Assembly: GCA_963693055.1 (NCBI GenBank)
Contig: OY843751.1
Coordinates: forward strand, 1,088,001-1,152,000
Direction: 5' to 3'
DNA from: a bacterium
GTDB lineage: Bacteria > Zhuqueibacterota > Zhuqueibacteria > Residuimicrobiales > Krinioviventaceae
DNA length: 64,000 nucleotides
Position 1 is the first letter of the stretch. Every line of letters starts with the position of its first letter. Below, piece after piece: positions 10,490 through 21,094 of the stretch. The position numbers and the translations under genes are program-made. The notes beneath the pieces were generated by a model. The model worked only from the letters and a program-made list of their open reading frames with translations. It was not told the DNA's origin and did not search any database.

Positions 10490-11317
10490 GTGAAAAAAAT
10501 TGGATTAGCTTTAGGTGGTGGTGGTGCCAGAGGATTAGCACACATACCTATACTTGAAGCTCTGGATGAAATGAAAGTTAAACCTGTTGTAATATCCGGT
10601 ACAAGTATAGGAGCAATACTGGGTAGTTTTTATGCTTCCGGTTACAGTGGCAGAGAGATCCGTGATTTGACATTGAAAATTGGATTACGTGACATTAATA
10701 AAATGCTGGATCTCAATTTCTTTGGAGATGCGCTTTTTAAAGGCAAGGGAGTAGAAAACTTTTTTGCCAAATATTTAAAGCCCACAACTTTTGAAGAATT
10801 AAAAATACCCATGTATATTGTTGCTACCGACTTTTGGAACCGTTCAGAAGTTGTAATGAATAAAGGCTCGTTGGTTCCGGCAATCCGGGCGAGTATGTCT
10901 GTGCCGGGTGTTTTTGATCCTGTTTCACACGACAATAGTATTCTTGTAGATGGAGGTGCGGTAAATCCTTTGCCATATGATATAATACGTGAAAAGTGTG
11001 ACATATTAATTGCGATTGATGTCTCTGGCCGCCCATCTGAAAAGCACAAAAATAAACCTCCATCTATGATTGAAAGTATTTTGGGCACGTTTCAGATAAT
11101 GCAGGATTCTATTTTGGAAAATAAACGCAGAATTTCTGACATTGATCTATATGTAAAACCGGATATTGTAGATATTGGTATTTTAGAGTTTCATAAATAC
11201 AAACAAGTATTTCAAAGCGGTGATAATGAAGTTGAAAATTTCAAAGATAGGTTGCAAGATCTTTTAAAGGGTACGGTGCAAAGCTTTTTTGAACGTCTGA
11301 GAAACAGTATAGATTAA
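10490..11317 (+). CDS. Patatin-like phospholipase (RssA-like)
   Basis: GGGGARG, GTSIG and DGG motifs. GTG start at 10490 follows an agagg RBS. Confidence 0.92.
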   Translation: MKKIGLALGGGGARGLAHIPILEALDEMKVKPVVISGTSIGAILGSFYASGYSGREIRDLTLKIGLRDINKMLDLNFFGDALFKGKGVENFFAKYLKPTTFEELKIPMYIVATDFWNRSEVVMNKGSLVPAIRASMSVPGVFDPVSHDNSILVDGGAVNPLPYDIIREKCDILIAIDVSGRPSEKHKNKPPSMIESILGTFQIMQDSILENKRRISDIDLYVKPDIVDIGILEFHKYKQVFQSGDNEVENFKDRLQDLLKGTVQSFFERLRNSID

Positions 11318-11351
11318 TTGATGAAAAATGCCGGCAGAAGCAAATTTTCGA

Positions 11352-11732
11352 TTAATATTGTTTATGGACGAGCTTGAAGATATACCAGACTATTAGCGAA
11401 AAAATAAGGATCAATGATCCAAAGATCACTACATGCAGTGTTGCACCATACCCACCGGCATTCATACGCAAACCCATTTCAGTAATATCAGGCTTTTTTG
11501 CAATGGTTTCCGTAAGGTATTGTAAGCCTATAAAATGCCCTAAAATGCCTGTTACCAGGCTCATAACTCCCCAAAAAAGGATAGCGTCCACCCCCCGCAA
11601 TGGGTGACCGGTATTGTTTTTCTTGTGTTGATATAACCCAATAATCTGTTTTACAGTGAGGCCTATTATGATCAATAGAAATACAGCAAGGAAATACATA
11701 AATCCGCCCCCATCATTCAAATAATTTAACAT
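11352..11732 (-). CDS. Small membrane protein, 3 TM (MotA/ExbB-like N-terminus)
   Basis: aaggagg RBS, GGGFMYFL start, three hydrophobic segments. Confidence 0.7.
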   Translation of the reverse strand: MLNYLNDGGGFMYFLAVFLLIIIGLTVKQIIGLYQHKKNNTGHPLRGVDAILFWGVMSLVTGILGHFIGLQYLTETIAKKPDITEMGLRMNAGGYGATLHVVIFGSLILIFSLIVWYIFKLVHKQY

Positions 11733-11763
11733 ATTTACCTCCTTAATAATGCTCTGCCGGCAT

Positions 11764-12504
11764 TTACTCTATGAATAATGTATCAAATTCGTATTGCCTG
11801 ATTTTGTTTGTTTTTTGCAGCAAACAGAACCAGGCAGAACCACCAATCAATATACATGCTATTCCATAAACCAATAGCGGTGTTGTCTTTTGAAACAGTA
11901 AAATTAGTTTCTCATACCAAAGATTTGGATGTTCTGCGATTTTTAAAAGTGTGAAATACCACTCTAAATAATAAGCGCTTAATCCGGTCAAAAAGATGAG
12001 AACCGGGAAAAACAAAATCGATACAAGACCTTGAGATAATTTTTTGACCTGATGGTCTCGCTTCAAGTATAATTGTGATCCTTTAAAAAGGGTAAGCAGA
12101 ATCAATGGAACCGTGAGGGTGAATTGGATCTAGATTGCAGAGCTGGATGAGGAAAGGGTTGACATATTGAATAGCTTGTAAACAGTTAAAGAAATAAAAC
12201 ATAATAAAGATAATATAACTAGTCTTTCAAATATTGATAGACTATGCTTTGAAAATCTTTGCGCCAGTCTTGAATAAAATCCTTGATGAAGTGATATCAA
12301 CTCTTGTAATGCCTGATCTGATGGAAACCAATCCTCACGAATGGTTGTTATGGCATTTTCCTGAGAAACACCGTTTGAAATTAATTGATCATAATATGCT
12401 TCCATATCAGCAGCAATCTCCAGAATAATGCGAGATTGCTCAGGCTGCGGTAGATTAATTTTATTGTTCAATTCCATATATAGTGGGGACAATGCTTTGA
12501 TCAA
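11764..12504 (-). pseudogene. PadR-associated membrane protein split by one in-frame TAG (12130-12132)
   Basis: ORFs 12130-12504 and 11764-12105 share a frame, and the intervening codons read ...SAI*IQFTLTVPLILL. The N-terminus (RIILEIAADME) resembles the helical domain of PadR partner permeases. Confidence 0.6.
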
Positions 12505-12846
12505 TTATGCCTCCTTGAAAAATGATTGAAAAGAATTGATAAATTCATTCCATCCTTTTAATTGTGTTTCAATATGGGTTTTACCTTTGGTTGTGATTGC
12601 ATAATATTTTCGTTTACGTTTAGGACCTTCCTGCTGCCAGCTGCCTTTTATCAAGCCTTCTTTTTCCATCTTGTGTAAAATAGGATAGAGAGTGCCATGA
12701 TTAAAATGAAAATATGTTTTACTTTTTTCTTCAATCTCTAACGCAAGTTGATAACCATGCATTTTTTCTTTCAATAATGTTTGCAAGAGTAAAAGTTCAT
12801 TACAGCTTTTAGTCAGGTTTTGTATTTCAAAACGATTGTTTGACAA
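12505..12846 (-). CDS. PadR family transcriptional regulator
   Basis: MHGYQL, GTLYPILHKMEKEGLI, RKYYAITTKG. Probable TTG start at 12846 after aagga. Confidence 0.92.
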   Translation of the reverse strand: MSNNRFEIQNLTKSCNELLLLQTLLKEKMHGYQLALEIEEKSKTYFHFNHGTLYPILHKMEKEGLIKGSWQQEGPKRKRKYYAITTKGKTHIETQLKGWNEFINSFQSFFKEA

Positions 12847-13218
12847 TGTATAGATCCTTTTTGTATAGATGTTCGATATATATAGGTTCAATATATATAT
12901 AAGGAGAATACATGTCAAGAGATTTTTTCTATGGCAAAGAGTACACATTTTTAATAATTTGTCCCTTGCATACCACATGTAAATCGTAAAAATTTTTGGG
13001 CTATATAATTATTTTTACTTTTTTTGTTTTTTATAATTTGACGTACATTTTGGTTATTGTATTGTATTTTATAGGCTTAGGTTGGTTTTGTTGAGGTTCC
13101 GGGTCTGGCATTCTATGCCACAGATGGATTTTATTCATTTTTTATCTAAAAGAGGTAAGGTATTTGCTTAATAGCCTGTAATGATTAGTATATGAGTACC
13201 ATTATTACGGGTTTTTGG

Positions 13219-16200
13219 ATGAAAGTATATATTTATATTTTTTTTATGTTCATTTCTGTCACTGGATTATTTGCAAGAACCGTCTCGTTAGACAGTTATA
13301 ATACATCTGTTAGTACATTTGAGATATTAGAATTTACAATATCAGTTTCAGATCCTGTAACCGGAAATCCTTTTACTGAAGCGCAGGTATCAGCAGAAAT
13401 TCAAGCCCCAAACAAAATAATTTCCATTAATGGCTTTTGTGATGCGCAGGATGGTTCAGTTTTTCGCGTTAGATTTACGCCCATGCGAACAGGTAATCAT
13501 TCATTTACTATTACTTTTACTGACACCGCAGGTACAGAAACTTTTTCAGGCAGTTTTGATGCATATGATGGGGGAAACAATGGCTTTATTAAAGTTGATT
13601 CTCAAAATCCTACACGCTTTGCCTTTAGTAATGGCGGGCACCCTTATATAATTTCAAAAACAGCTTGGCTAATTGCAGGAATTCCCAAGACCAATTATAG
13701 ACAATTTATTGACAAGATGGTACCACGTGGTGAAAACTGTTTTCGATTTGGTTTGGAATTTGATTATTCTAATGATGATCCTTATGTGGATGTCTGGCCC
13801 TATGAGCAACCGCGAGAGGCACAGAATTTTACAGAATTTGATATAGATTACTGGCAAAACTTGGATGAGCTTTTAACCTATGCCGCGGAACGAAATATTT
13901 ATGCTGAACCGGTGCTCTTTACTTTGATGAAATTTAGTGATATGGCCGATTCAGATGTAATGTTTTATATTGACTATCTAATTGCACGTACTGCCAGTTA
14001 TCCCTCTGTCATTATGTATCAATTAGCAAATGAACGCATTAGCAGATATGATTTTCAAACCGTAATGGCTGATCGCATTCACAATAATGATCCATATGGA
14101 CACCTTGTGAGCACATCGCATGGTACAACGATGGATGCTGCATGGCCGGATGCTCCCTGGATGGACGTTGCAATCAACCATGCCTGCTATGATGATGAAC
14201 AATTGAGTGAACGCTATTACGCAATTGCAAATACAATTTCAGGTTACAATATGCCGGGTTGGTGCGATGAAACCGGTCGTGAAGATCGTCATGGAAACGA
14301 TGACGGGGTACATCGCCGCAAACAATATTGGACCTGGAACATGGGTGGTTCTTATTTTAACTATCACTCTTGGGAAGGTTGTGAGGGGATTATGGATATC
14401 TCTTATAACGGACCGGGGAGTCAATATTTGCAATACATGCGTTCGTTCTGGACTTCCACAGATTTTTGGAAACTGCGTCCCAATAACAATATTATTAAAA
14501 ATAATCCTGATGTACAATACGAATGGGCCGTTGCCTCTGACGATGAGGTGGTCGTGTATCTGGTGAATGAGGCAACGGGCCAATCTTCTTCTGAAGGAAC
14601 CATTGATATAGCTTTACCTGCCGGTTATACCTATGTGGCAGATTTTTATAATCCTTCCAATGGTGAAGGATTTACCCAGTATCGAAAATCCAGATTGGCC
14701 GGAGGTACAACCGTATCAATTGCTTATCCCTCTTTTACGAATGATTTGGTTCTTCATTGTTTTGTTAGTGACGATACACAGGCCCCTCAGCAATCTTCTG
14801 TTTCAATCTCTAATGTGTCTCAGAACCAGGCAACGATTAGTTGGAGTACCAATGAAAATACAGAAGCCAGAGTGGAATATGGATTAACAACGAATTATGG
14901 GCGTAAAACCTTTTGGGATATAGAGTTGAAAACATCTCATTCATTTACATTGAATAATTTAATGCCGGGTACTGAATATCACTGTCGTGTCATGTCTAGG
15001 GATATGACGGGTAATTCTTCTGTCAGCTCTGATTACACTTTTACTACACAGGGTTCAAGCGCACAGCCTGGAATATCTTCTTTCTCGCCAACCACGGGAA
15101 ATATGACAACCGAAGTAACAATTCAGGGTTCTCATTTAATGGGATCATACGCTAACCCCATGCGTATGATGCTGCTGGGACAGTCTGAAGTTAGGGGCGT
15201 CTCAGGTTCTACAGACAGCAGCGGATTTCGAAATGATCTCGTCAATCTTTTGTACAATAAAGGCATTGGTTTTCATTTTGCGGGTTCTCTGGCAGACGGT
15301 ACCGCGTTTGATGCCCTTCACGAAGGGCATGATACTAATGGCGTTGAAACGCTGGCCCAGAATGTGGGTAGCTATATATCGCAATGGTCACCGGATTACA
15401 TATTGATTTATGCGGGTGCTCTGGATCTTGATAACGGACAAACTCCGGATGCAGTGATTGCTGAACTGGAAATGTTGTTGGATGCAATATATGCCAGTGA
15501 TTCAAATATAATCATGCTGTTGGGAAATTTACTGCCCCATACAGATGCTTCGATTTCAGATGTACAGCAATTGAATGGATTTATTGAAACACTGATAGCC
15601 ACCAAAAAAGCATCCAATTACCGTGTATTTATGGCTGATTTTTATCAGGCTTTTACGGACAATGCAAATTGGGCATCTGAATTGATGCATGACAAGCGTC
15701 ATCCCAATGATACTGGTTATGGAGTAATGGCCCTTGCCTGGCAGAGTGCATTGCAGAATGCCTGGACAGCGTATACTGATATTGATATTTTTTTTGCAGG
15801 TACTGCTGTTACAGAATATTCCATCAAATCCGAACAAAAAGTATTAGCCAAGGTACCTGCCGGGGCTGCAAATGGTAAAATTGCTATTTCAACACCCTAT
15901 GGTTCGGTTGAAAGTAGTGCTAATTTTATAACTTCACAGGTTGAAGGTAACTTTACAGCGGATGTAACATCCGGATATGCTCCATTGATTGTACGTTTTA
16001 CCAATATGACTGAAGGTGAAATGAATAGTTTTGACTGGAATTTTGGAGATGGCAGCAAGCACTCTACGGAACAGAATCCTGGTCATGTCTTTACCAAAGC
16101 CGGTAATTATACTATTACATTAACCGTATCAGACGGTATAGTGCAAGATGCTGAAACCAAAACCGCATACATTAATGTACAGGAACGTTCAAATGTACCA

Positions 16201-19200
16201 TTGACACCCAAATGGGTTTATGAGCCTTGGGTTTGGGAAGATAATATAAATACCCAGGCAGGCCTCGAAGCGCTTGTACAGGGTTATCTTGATCGTGATA
16301 TCCCCGTAGGTGCAGTTAATATTGACAGTCCCTGGGAAACTGAATTTAATACATTTCAATTCAATACCGAAAGATATCCCGATGCGCAGGGAATGATTGA
16401 TGGTCTGCATGATAAGGGAATCAAAGTCATGGCGTGGATTACTCCCTTGACCAATCTGCATTCAAAAGATGAGCCCAATATCGGTAAAGCATCTAATTAT
16501 GATTATGCTCTTGAGAACGGCTATTTTATCAATGATGGACAAACATTCGAGTGGTGGAAAGGTTGGGGAAGCTTTATTGATTATACAAATCCTGATGCTC
16601 TTGAATGGTGGCATGCCCAAATGGACCAGGTACTTGATCTGGGGATTGATGGATGGAAGACCGATGCCGGTAACCGGGTTTTCCCGGAATCTACAAATGG
16701 ATATAATGGAAGAATAACCCAAAAAGAATACAGCTATCTTTATTATAAAGATTTTTATGAATACAGCTTGAAATCACGTGGGCAACATGCAATTATTTTT
16801 GCCAAACCTTATGATGAGAATCCCGCAGATTCAACATTTGTTCCCAAAGCCTATACTCCCGCAGCATTTGTTGGAGATCAGACCCATTTCTGGGGTGACA
16901 GTGGTTTGTTGAATGCGCTCAATAATGTTTTTGAAACAGCAAAGAATGGATTTGTAGCGATTGGATCAGACATTGGCGGATTTATGGGTGAAATGAATGT
17001 AACCAAAAATCTGCTTATCCGTTGGGCACAGTTTGGTGCTTTGTGTCCTATAATGGAAAATGGTGGTGGTGGAGAGCACCGTCCCTGGATGTTTGATCAG
17101 GAAACGGTTGATATATATCGCTATTATGCAAAATTGCACAGCCAGTTGGTACCCTATCTGTACTCTTATGGTGTATTAGCACATAATGGCGGCAAAGTTA
17201 TTATACGCCCAATGGATGGTGTTTGGCAATACATGTTGGGGCGTGATCTGTTTGTTTCTACCATTTATCAGGATGTGACTTTACGAGAGGTTACATTACC
17301 GGAAGGTACCCGGTGGGTAGATTTCTGGAATGATGATATAACCTATGACAGTGGCCAGACATTGAGCAACTATGATTGTCCTATAGACCAGTATCCGGTA
17401 TTTATACGGTCTGGTGGTATTGTACCCATGAATGTTAGTGATGATGAAACCGGCCATGGTTCGTCTGCTTCGGCGGGAAAGTTAACTGTACTGGTTTATC
17501 CTGATGGTACATCTTTTTTAACCTTTTATGATGAAAATCATACAACAGAATTTGAATGTGTGGAAACGGATGATGTGGTTTCTGTTAATGTTTCTTCTGC
17601 GGCAGATAATTATATATTCAGGATCAAGTATAAAACTACTCCATCTATAGTTACCTTGAACAGTTCAGGAATGCAAACGTATTCCGAATTCAGCGAGTTT
17701 GAGGCTGCTCAGACAGGATGGTATTATGATGAAGAAAAGCATTACGTTTGGATCAAAACCGGGGCCAAATCCGGTAGCTTTAACTTGTCCATAGCTCCGC
17801 AAACCACAGCCGCTTTCAGCGCTGATCCGCTTACTGGTGAAACCCCATTGGATGTACAGTTTACGGATGAATCTGTTCATGCGGTTTCATGGCAGTGGGA
17901 TTTTGGTGATGGTTCTGAGTTAACAACAGAACAAAATCCGGTACATACCTACACGGAACCGGGGAGTTATGATGTAATCCTGACCGTTACAGGAGCGTCT
18001 GGTTCCGATTCCATGGAAAAATTAAATTTTATCCAGGTTGGTTCCAGTGCCCACGCTTTTACCGATATAACGAGCAGTGCGGGTGTTCATGTTTCATCTG
18101 TATCCGGTAGTCATGGTGCTGGATTTGCGGACGCAAACAAGGATGGCCGGTATGATATTTTTGTTGCAAACAGCGGCGAAGATTACAATTACGACTTTAT
18201 GTATATAAACCAGGGCGGAGCATCCTTTCAGCAAAGTTCTACTTCCCGTGGTGTTGATGATGAAGGGCATACCTTTAAAATTGTAAATGCGGATTTTGAT
18301 AATGATGGTGACCTGGATGTTTTCTATGCAAATCAGCCTATTGGTAATAATTATGTTATTGGTGTAAACAAACTTTACCAGAATGACGGCAATGGGTATT
18401 ATACAGATATATCTGATGATGCCGGTATACCCCAGGAATATTCAAACAGCCAGGCTGCGTTGGCTGCTGATTTTAATGGCGACGGCTGGCTTGATCTTTA
18501 TGTAGCCAACTGGGATGCTGAAAACGCCATGTATTTGAATGATGGTACCGGAAAGATGATACGGGTGCACAATGGTTCGGATGGCGATGGCAGCGGTATT
18601 TATAAAGCTGTATCCGTATCTGCCGCAGATGTGGATAATGATAATGATGTAGACTTGTATGTCAGTCGCCATGAACAACCCAACTGGTTGTTTATTAATA
18701 ATGGTTCTGGTTATTTTTCTGAACGGGCAGCTTCAGCGGGTGTAGCTGTAAATGCGCGTTCCAAAGGGGCCAGTTTTGCGGATGTAGATAATGATGGAGA
18801 TATGGACCTGTTCCTGGCAAAGTATTCATTGTCCAGTGGTGGTTTGCCACCGGTTGGTATCTTTTTTAACAGGGGTAATGGAACATTTCATGATCGCAGC
18901 TCGGATTATGATATTCAAAGCAGCTTGTATTCCATACTCTTGATTGATGCTGACAATGATGCGGATGTGGACATGCTGGTGGTTAGAAATAATCAAAAAG
19001 AAGATAATGCTGTACCACAGATGTATTTAAATGATGGTTCCGGACAGTTTACATATCAATTGTTCGCCGGACTAGAAGTTCCTGCCAAAGACGCGCAAAG
19101 CGCTGCGTATGCTGACATTGACAACGATGGTGATGTGGATGTTTTTCTTACCTGCGAAGATGGCAGTAATTATTTGCTTCGTAACGACCTTGAATATGAT

Positions 19201-20964
19201 AACAATTACATTGATGTCCTTTGCAAAGGCGCCGGAGGTGATTTTGGTGGTTTTGGCACTCGGGTATATGTATATAAACCTGGCTATTTGGGCGACAATA
19301 ACAATTTGATAGGATACCAGCAAAGCACCAGTTCATCCGCTTATCTGGGGCAGAACCAGACAGCTCTGCATTTTGGTTTGAATGGTTACAATTCGTGTGA
19401 TGTACGAGTTATATTATCAGACGGAACACAACTGGACTATGCCGGCAAGAGTGCAAATCGGCAGATTATTGTTGGTGGCCCTGTTGAAAGCAATTCTGGT
19501 TCTGTAAATGCTCCCAACGTGCATACACCGCTGCCTTGTGGGCAGAATAATTTGCAATTGTCATGGGAGTCAGTCAATAGTGTGTCCGGTTATCACATCT
19601 ATCGTGATACTACACCCTTTTTCGAACCAGACTGCCAGAATGGATCAAACCGTCTTGCAGCCCTTGTGACTGATGAGGATCCTAATGCCTATGGTATTCA
19701 GTGGACCGATACTGATCCTGTTTTGGGTGATCATGAGGTTAATTATTATTATGTAATTACATCTATCAAAGATGGCCAGGAAAGTGAATGTTCAAAACAT
19801 ATTGGTGCATTTGATTACAAGCTTATAACCACTCCATCTACAGATTTTAATGAAATTGCCTTGTCCCTTTCAAAAGCGGATTTGGTAACCGCAGAAGATT
19901 TGATGGATGCCATTCCCGGATGTAATAGTGTTGCCAAATGGGAACCGAGCATTCAAGGATATATGCAGTATATTCCGGGATTGTCTTCAACAAATTTTGA
20001 TCTTGCAGAAGGGCATCCCTATTATGTGAATGTAACGGATTCTTCTGTTTACAGCCTTTCCGGAGAACTGGTGAATCCCAATTATCAATTGATTACAACG
20101 CCTTCTACGGATTTTAATGAGATCATGCTGCCTTTAGATAAGCATGAAATTACCAAAGCCTCTGAACTGATGCTGGATATTCCGGGATGTAACAGCGTTG
20201 CCAAGTGGGAGTCGAGCATTCAAGGTTATATACAATACATACCCGGGTTGTCATCAACAGATTTCCCTGTACGTGCAGGTTATCCATATTATATAAATAT
20301 TACTCAGGATATTAGCTGGCCAGAAGCCGGTTTAAGTAAATCTACTGCCGTGAAAAAAGATGTAATTACCGGCAACACTCCGGTCCATTCACCGCATGCG
20401 GTTTACGGTGAATTGGAATTACATGAAGAGATAATTGGGCTGCATTTTCGCGCCTACCTCCGGAACAGACCGGATGATTATATTAAAAGTAGCGGCAGTG
20501 GTTCTTTAATTACGAACACCGAGTGGTTTGTGCAATTGTCCACTATACCAGGTGGGTGGCTGGCAGGTGAAGAATTGGTTGTTGAATTTTATAATGAACA
20601 TGATGTGCTTGTTGGTACGGTTACAAAAGAATTGAGCTGGAATGCCGCTGATGATGCGGGTTTGGTCAGTCTTGAGAAAGTAGTTACCGAATACGAATTG
20701 CATCAGAATTATCCCAATCCTTTTAATCCGCAGACCACAATACAATTCGGGCTGCCAAAAGCATCGCATGTGGATCTGTATATTTCTGATGTTATGGGAA
20801 GAAGAGTAAGAACATTAATAAATGCAAACCGTGGGGCCGGGTATCATCGGGTTGTGTGGACGGGTGTTGACGATTCCGGCCTCACTGTTGCTTCTGGTAT
20901 TTATTTTTATTCGCTGCATTCGGGTGATCAAATTTTGAGAAAAAAATTGGTATTAGTAAAATAG
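13219..20964 (+). CDS. Giant multimodular secreted CAZyme: DUF5060/DUF4038-like glycosidase module, FN3, IPT/TIG, SGNH hydrolase, PKD, GH31, PKD, FG-GAP/CRTAC-like repeats, tandem repeat, FlgD/T9SS-type tail
   Basis: Signal peptide, GH31 motifs ([29 protein letters not shown]), SGNH (GQS...DKRHPN), PKD (WNFGDG, WDFGDG), many D.DNDGD.D blades and a QNYPNPFNP tail. Start could be 13192. Confidence 0.85.
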   Translation: MKVYIYIFFMFISVTGLFARTVSLDSYNTSVSTFEILEFTISVSDPVTGNPFTEAQVSAEIQAPNKIISINGFCDAQDGSVFRVRFTPMRTGNHSFTITFTDTAGTETFSGSFDAYDGGNNGFIKVDSQNPTRFAFSNGGHPYIISKTAWLIAGIPKTNYRQFIDKMVPRGENCFRFGLEFDYSNDDPYVDVWPYEQPREAQNFTEFDIDYWQNLDELLTYAAERNIYAEPVLFTLMKFSDMADSDVMFYIDYLIARTASYPSVIMYQLANERISRYDFQTVMADRIHNNDPYGHLVSTSHGTTMDAAWPDAPWMDVAINHACYDDEQLSERYYAIANTISGYNMPGWCDETGREDRHGNDDGVHRRKQYWTWNMGGSYFNYHSWEGCEGIMDISYNGPGSQYLQYMRSFWTSTDFWKLRPNNNIIKNNPDVQYEWAVASDDEVVVYLVNEATGQSSSEGTIDIALPAGYTYVADFYNPSNGEGFTQYRKSRLAGGTTVSIAYPSFTNDLVLHCFVSDDTQAPQQSSVSISNVSQNQATISWSTNENTEARVEYGLTTNYGRKTFWDIELKTSHSFTLNNLMPGTEYHCRVMSRDMTGNSSVSSDYTFTTQGSSAQPGISSFSPTTGNMTTEVTIQGSHLMGSYANPMRMMLLGQSEVRGVSGSTDSSGFRNDLVNLLYNKGIGFHFAGSLADGTAFDALHEGHDTNGVETLAQNVGSYISQWSPDYILIYAGALDLDNGQTPDAVIAELEMLLDAIYASDSNIIMLLGNLLPHTDASISDVQQLNGFIETLIATKKASNYRVFMADFYQAFTDNANWASELMHDKRHPNDTGYGVMALAWQSALQNAWTAYTDIDIFFAGTAVTEYSIKSEQKVLAKVPAGAANGKIAISTPYGSVESSANFITSQVEGNFTADVTSGYAPLIVRFTNMTEGEMNSFDWNFGDGSKHSTEQNPGHVFTKAGNYTITLTVSDGIVQDAETKTAYINVQERSNVPLTPKWVYEPWVWEDNINTQAGLEALVQGYLDRDIPVGAVNIDSPWETEFNTFQFNTERYPDAQGMIDGLHDKGIKVMAWITPLTNLHSKDEPNIGKASNYDYALENGYFINDGQTFEWWKGWGSFIDYTNPDALEWWHAQMDQVLDLGIDGWKTDAGNRVFPESTNGYNGRITQKEYSYLYYKDFYEYSLKSRGQHAIIFAKPYDENPADSTFVPKAYTPAAFVGDQTHFWGDSGLLNALNNVFETAKNGFVAIGSDIGGFMGEMNVTKNLLIRWAQFGALCPIMENGGGGEHRPWMFDQETVDIYRYYAKLHSQLVPYLYSYGVLAHNGGKVIIRPMDGVWQYMLGRDLFVSTIYQDVTLREVTLPEGTRWVDFWNDDITYDSGQTLSNYDCPIDQYPVFIRSGGIVPMNVSDDETGHGSSASAGKLTVLVYPDGTSFLTFYDENHTTEFECVETDDVVSVNVSSAADNYIFRIKYKTTPSIVTLNSSGMQTYSEFSEFEAAQTGWYYDEEKHYVWIKTGAKSGSFNLSIAPQTTAAFSADPLTGETPLDVQFTDESVHAVSWQWDFGDGSELTTEQNPVHTYTEPGSYDVILTVTGASGSDSMEKLNFIQVGSSAHAFTDITSSAGVHVSSVSGSHGAGFADANKDGRYDIFVANSGEDYNYDFMYINQGGASFQQSSTSRGVDDEGHTFKIVNADFDNDGDLDVFYANQPIGNNYVIGVNKLYQNDGNGYYTDISDDAGIPQEYSNSQAALAADFNGDGWLDLYVANWDAENAMYLNDGTGKMIRVHNGSDGDGSGIYKAVSVSAADVDNDNDVDLYVSRHEQPNWLFINNGSGYFSERAASAGVAVNARSKGASFADVDNDGDMDLFLAKYSLSSGGLPPVGIFFNRGNGTFHDRSSDYDIQSSLYSILLIDADNDADVDMLVVRNNQKEDNAVPQMYLNDGSGQFTYQLFAGLEVPAKDAQSAAYADIDNDGDVDVFLTCEDGSNYLLRNDLEYDNNYIDVLCKGAGGDFGGFGTRVYVYKPGYLGDNNNLIGYQQSTSSSAYLGQNQTALHFGLNGYNSCDVRVILSDGTQLDYAGKSANRQIIVGGPVESNSGSVNAPNVHTPLPCGQNNLQLSWESVNSVSGYHIYRDTTPFFEPDCQNGSNRLAALVTDEDPNAYGIQWTDTDPVLGDHEVNYYYVITSIKDGQESECSKHIGAFDYKLITTPSTDFNEIALSLSKADLVTAEDLMDAIPGCNSVAKWEPSIQGYMQYIPGLSSTNFDLAEGHPYYVNVTDSSVYSLSGELVNPNYQLITTPSTDFNEIMLPLDKHEITKASELMLDIPGCNSVAKWESSIQGYIQYIPGLSSTDFPVRAGYPYYINITQDISWPEAGLSKSTAVKKDVITGNTPVHSPHAVYGELELHEEIIGLHFRAYLRNRPDDYIKSSGSGSLITNTEWFVQLSTIPGGWLAGEELVVEFYNEHDVLVGTVTKELSWNAADDAGLVSLEKVVTEYELHQNYPNPFNPQTTIQFGLPKASHVDLYISDVMGRRVRTLINANRGAGYHRVVWTGVDDSGLTVASGIYFYSLHSGDQILRKKLVLVK

Positions 20965-20991
20965 TATTATTGGAAAGAGTATTTTAACTGC

Positions 20992-21028
20992 AAGCGTCCT
21001 GAAAATTTGATTTTTTGGGACGTTTTTT
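20992..21028 (+). terminator. Probable Rho-independent terminator
   Basis: aagcgtcctgaaaa ... ttttgggacgttt stem followed by T-rich sequence. Confidence 0.6.
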
Positions 21029-21094
21029 GTTTGCAGTTTACAATAATCTTTTTATTTTAAGTTTCTGGGCCAAGATAAAAAATGGACAATTTTA

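Noticed and set aside
12130-12132. TAG as pyrrolysine or an alternative genetic code
   Set aside because: TAG is a normal stop elsewhere (3569, 20964, 38283, 56417), and no pyl genes or methyltransferase context are present.
13104-13125. tggcat-tct-atgcca upstream of the giant gene as a sigma54 promoter or riboswitch
   Set aside because: GG-to-GC spacing is 8 rather than 10, and no riboswitch consensus is recognisable.
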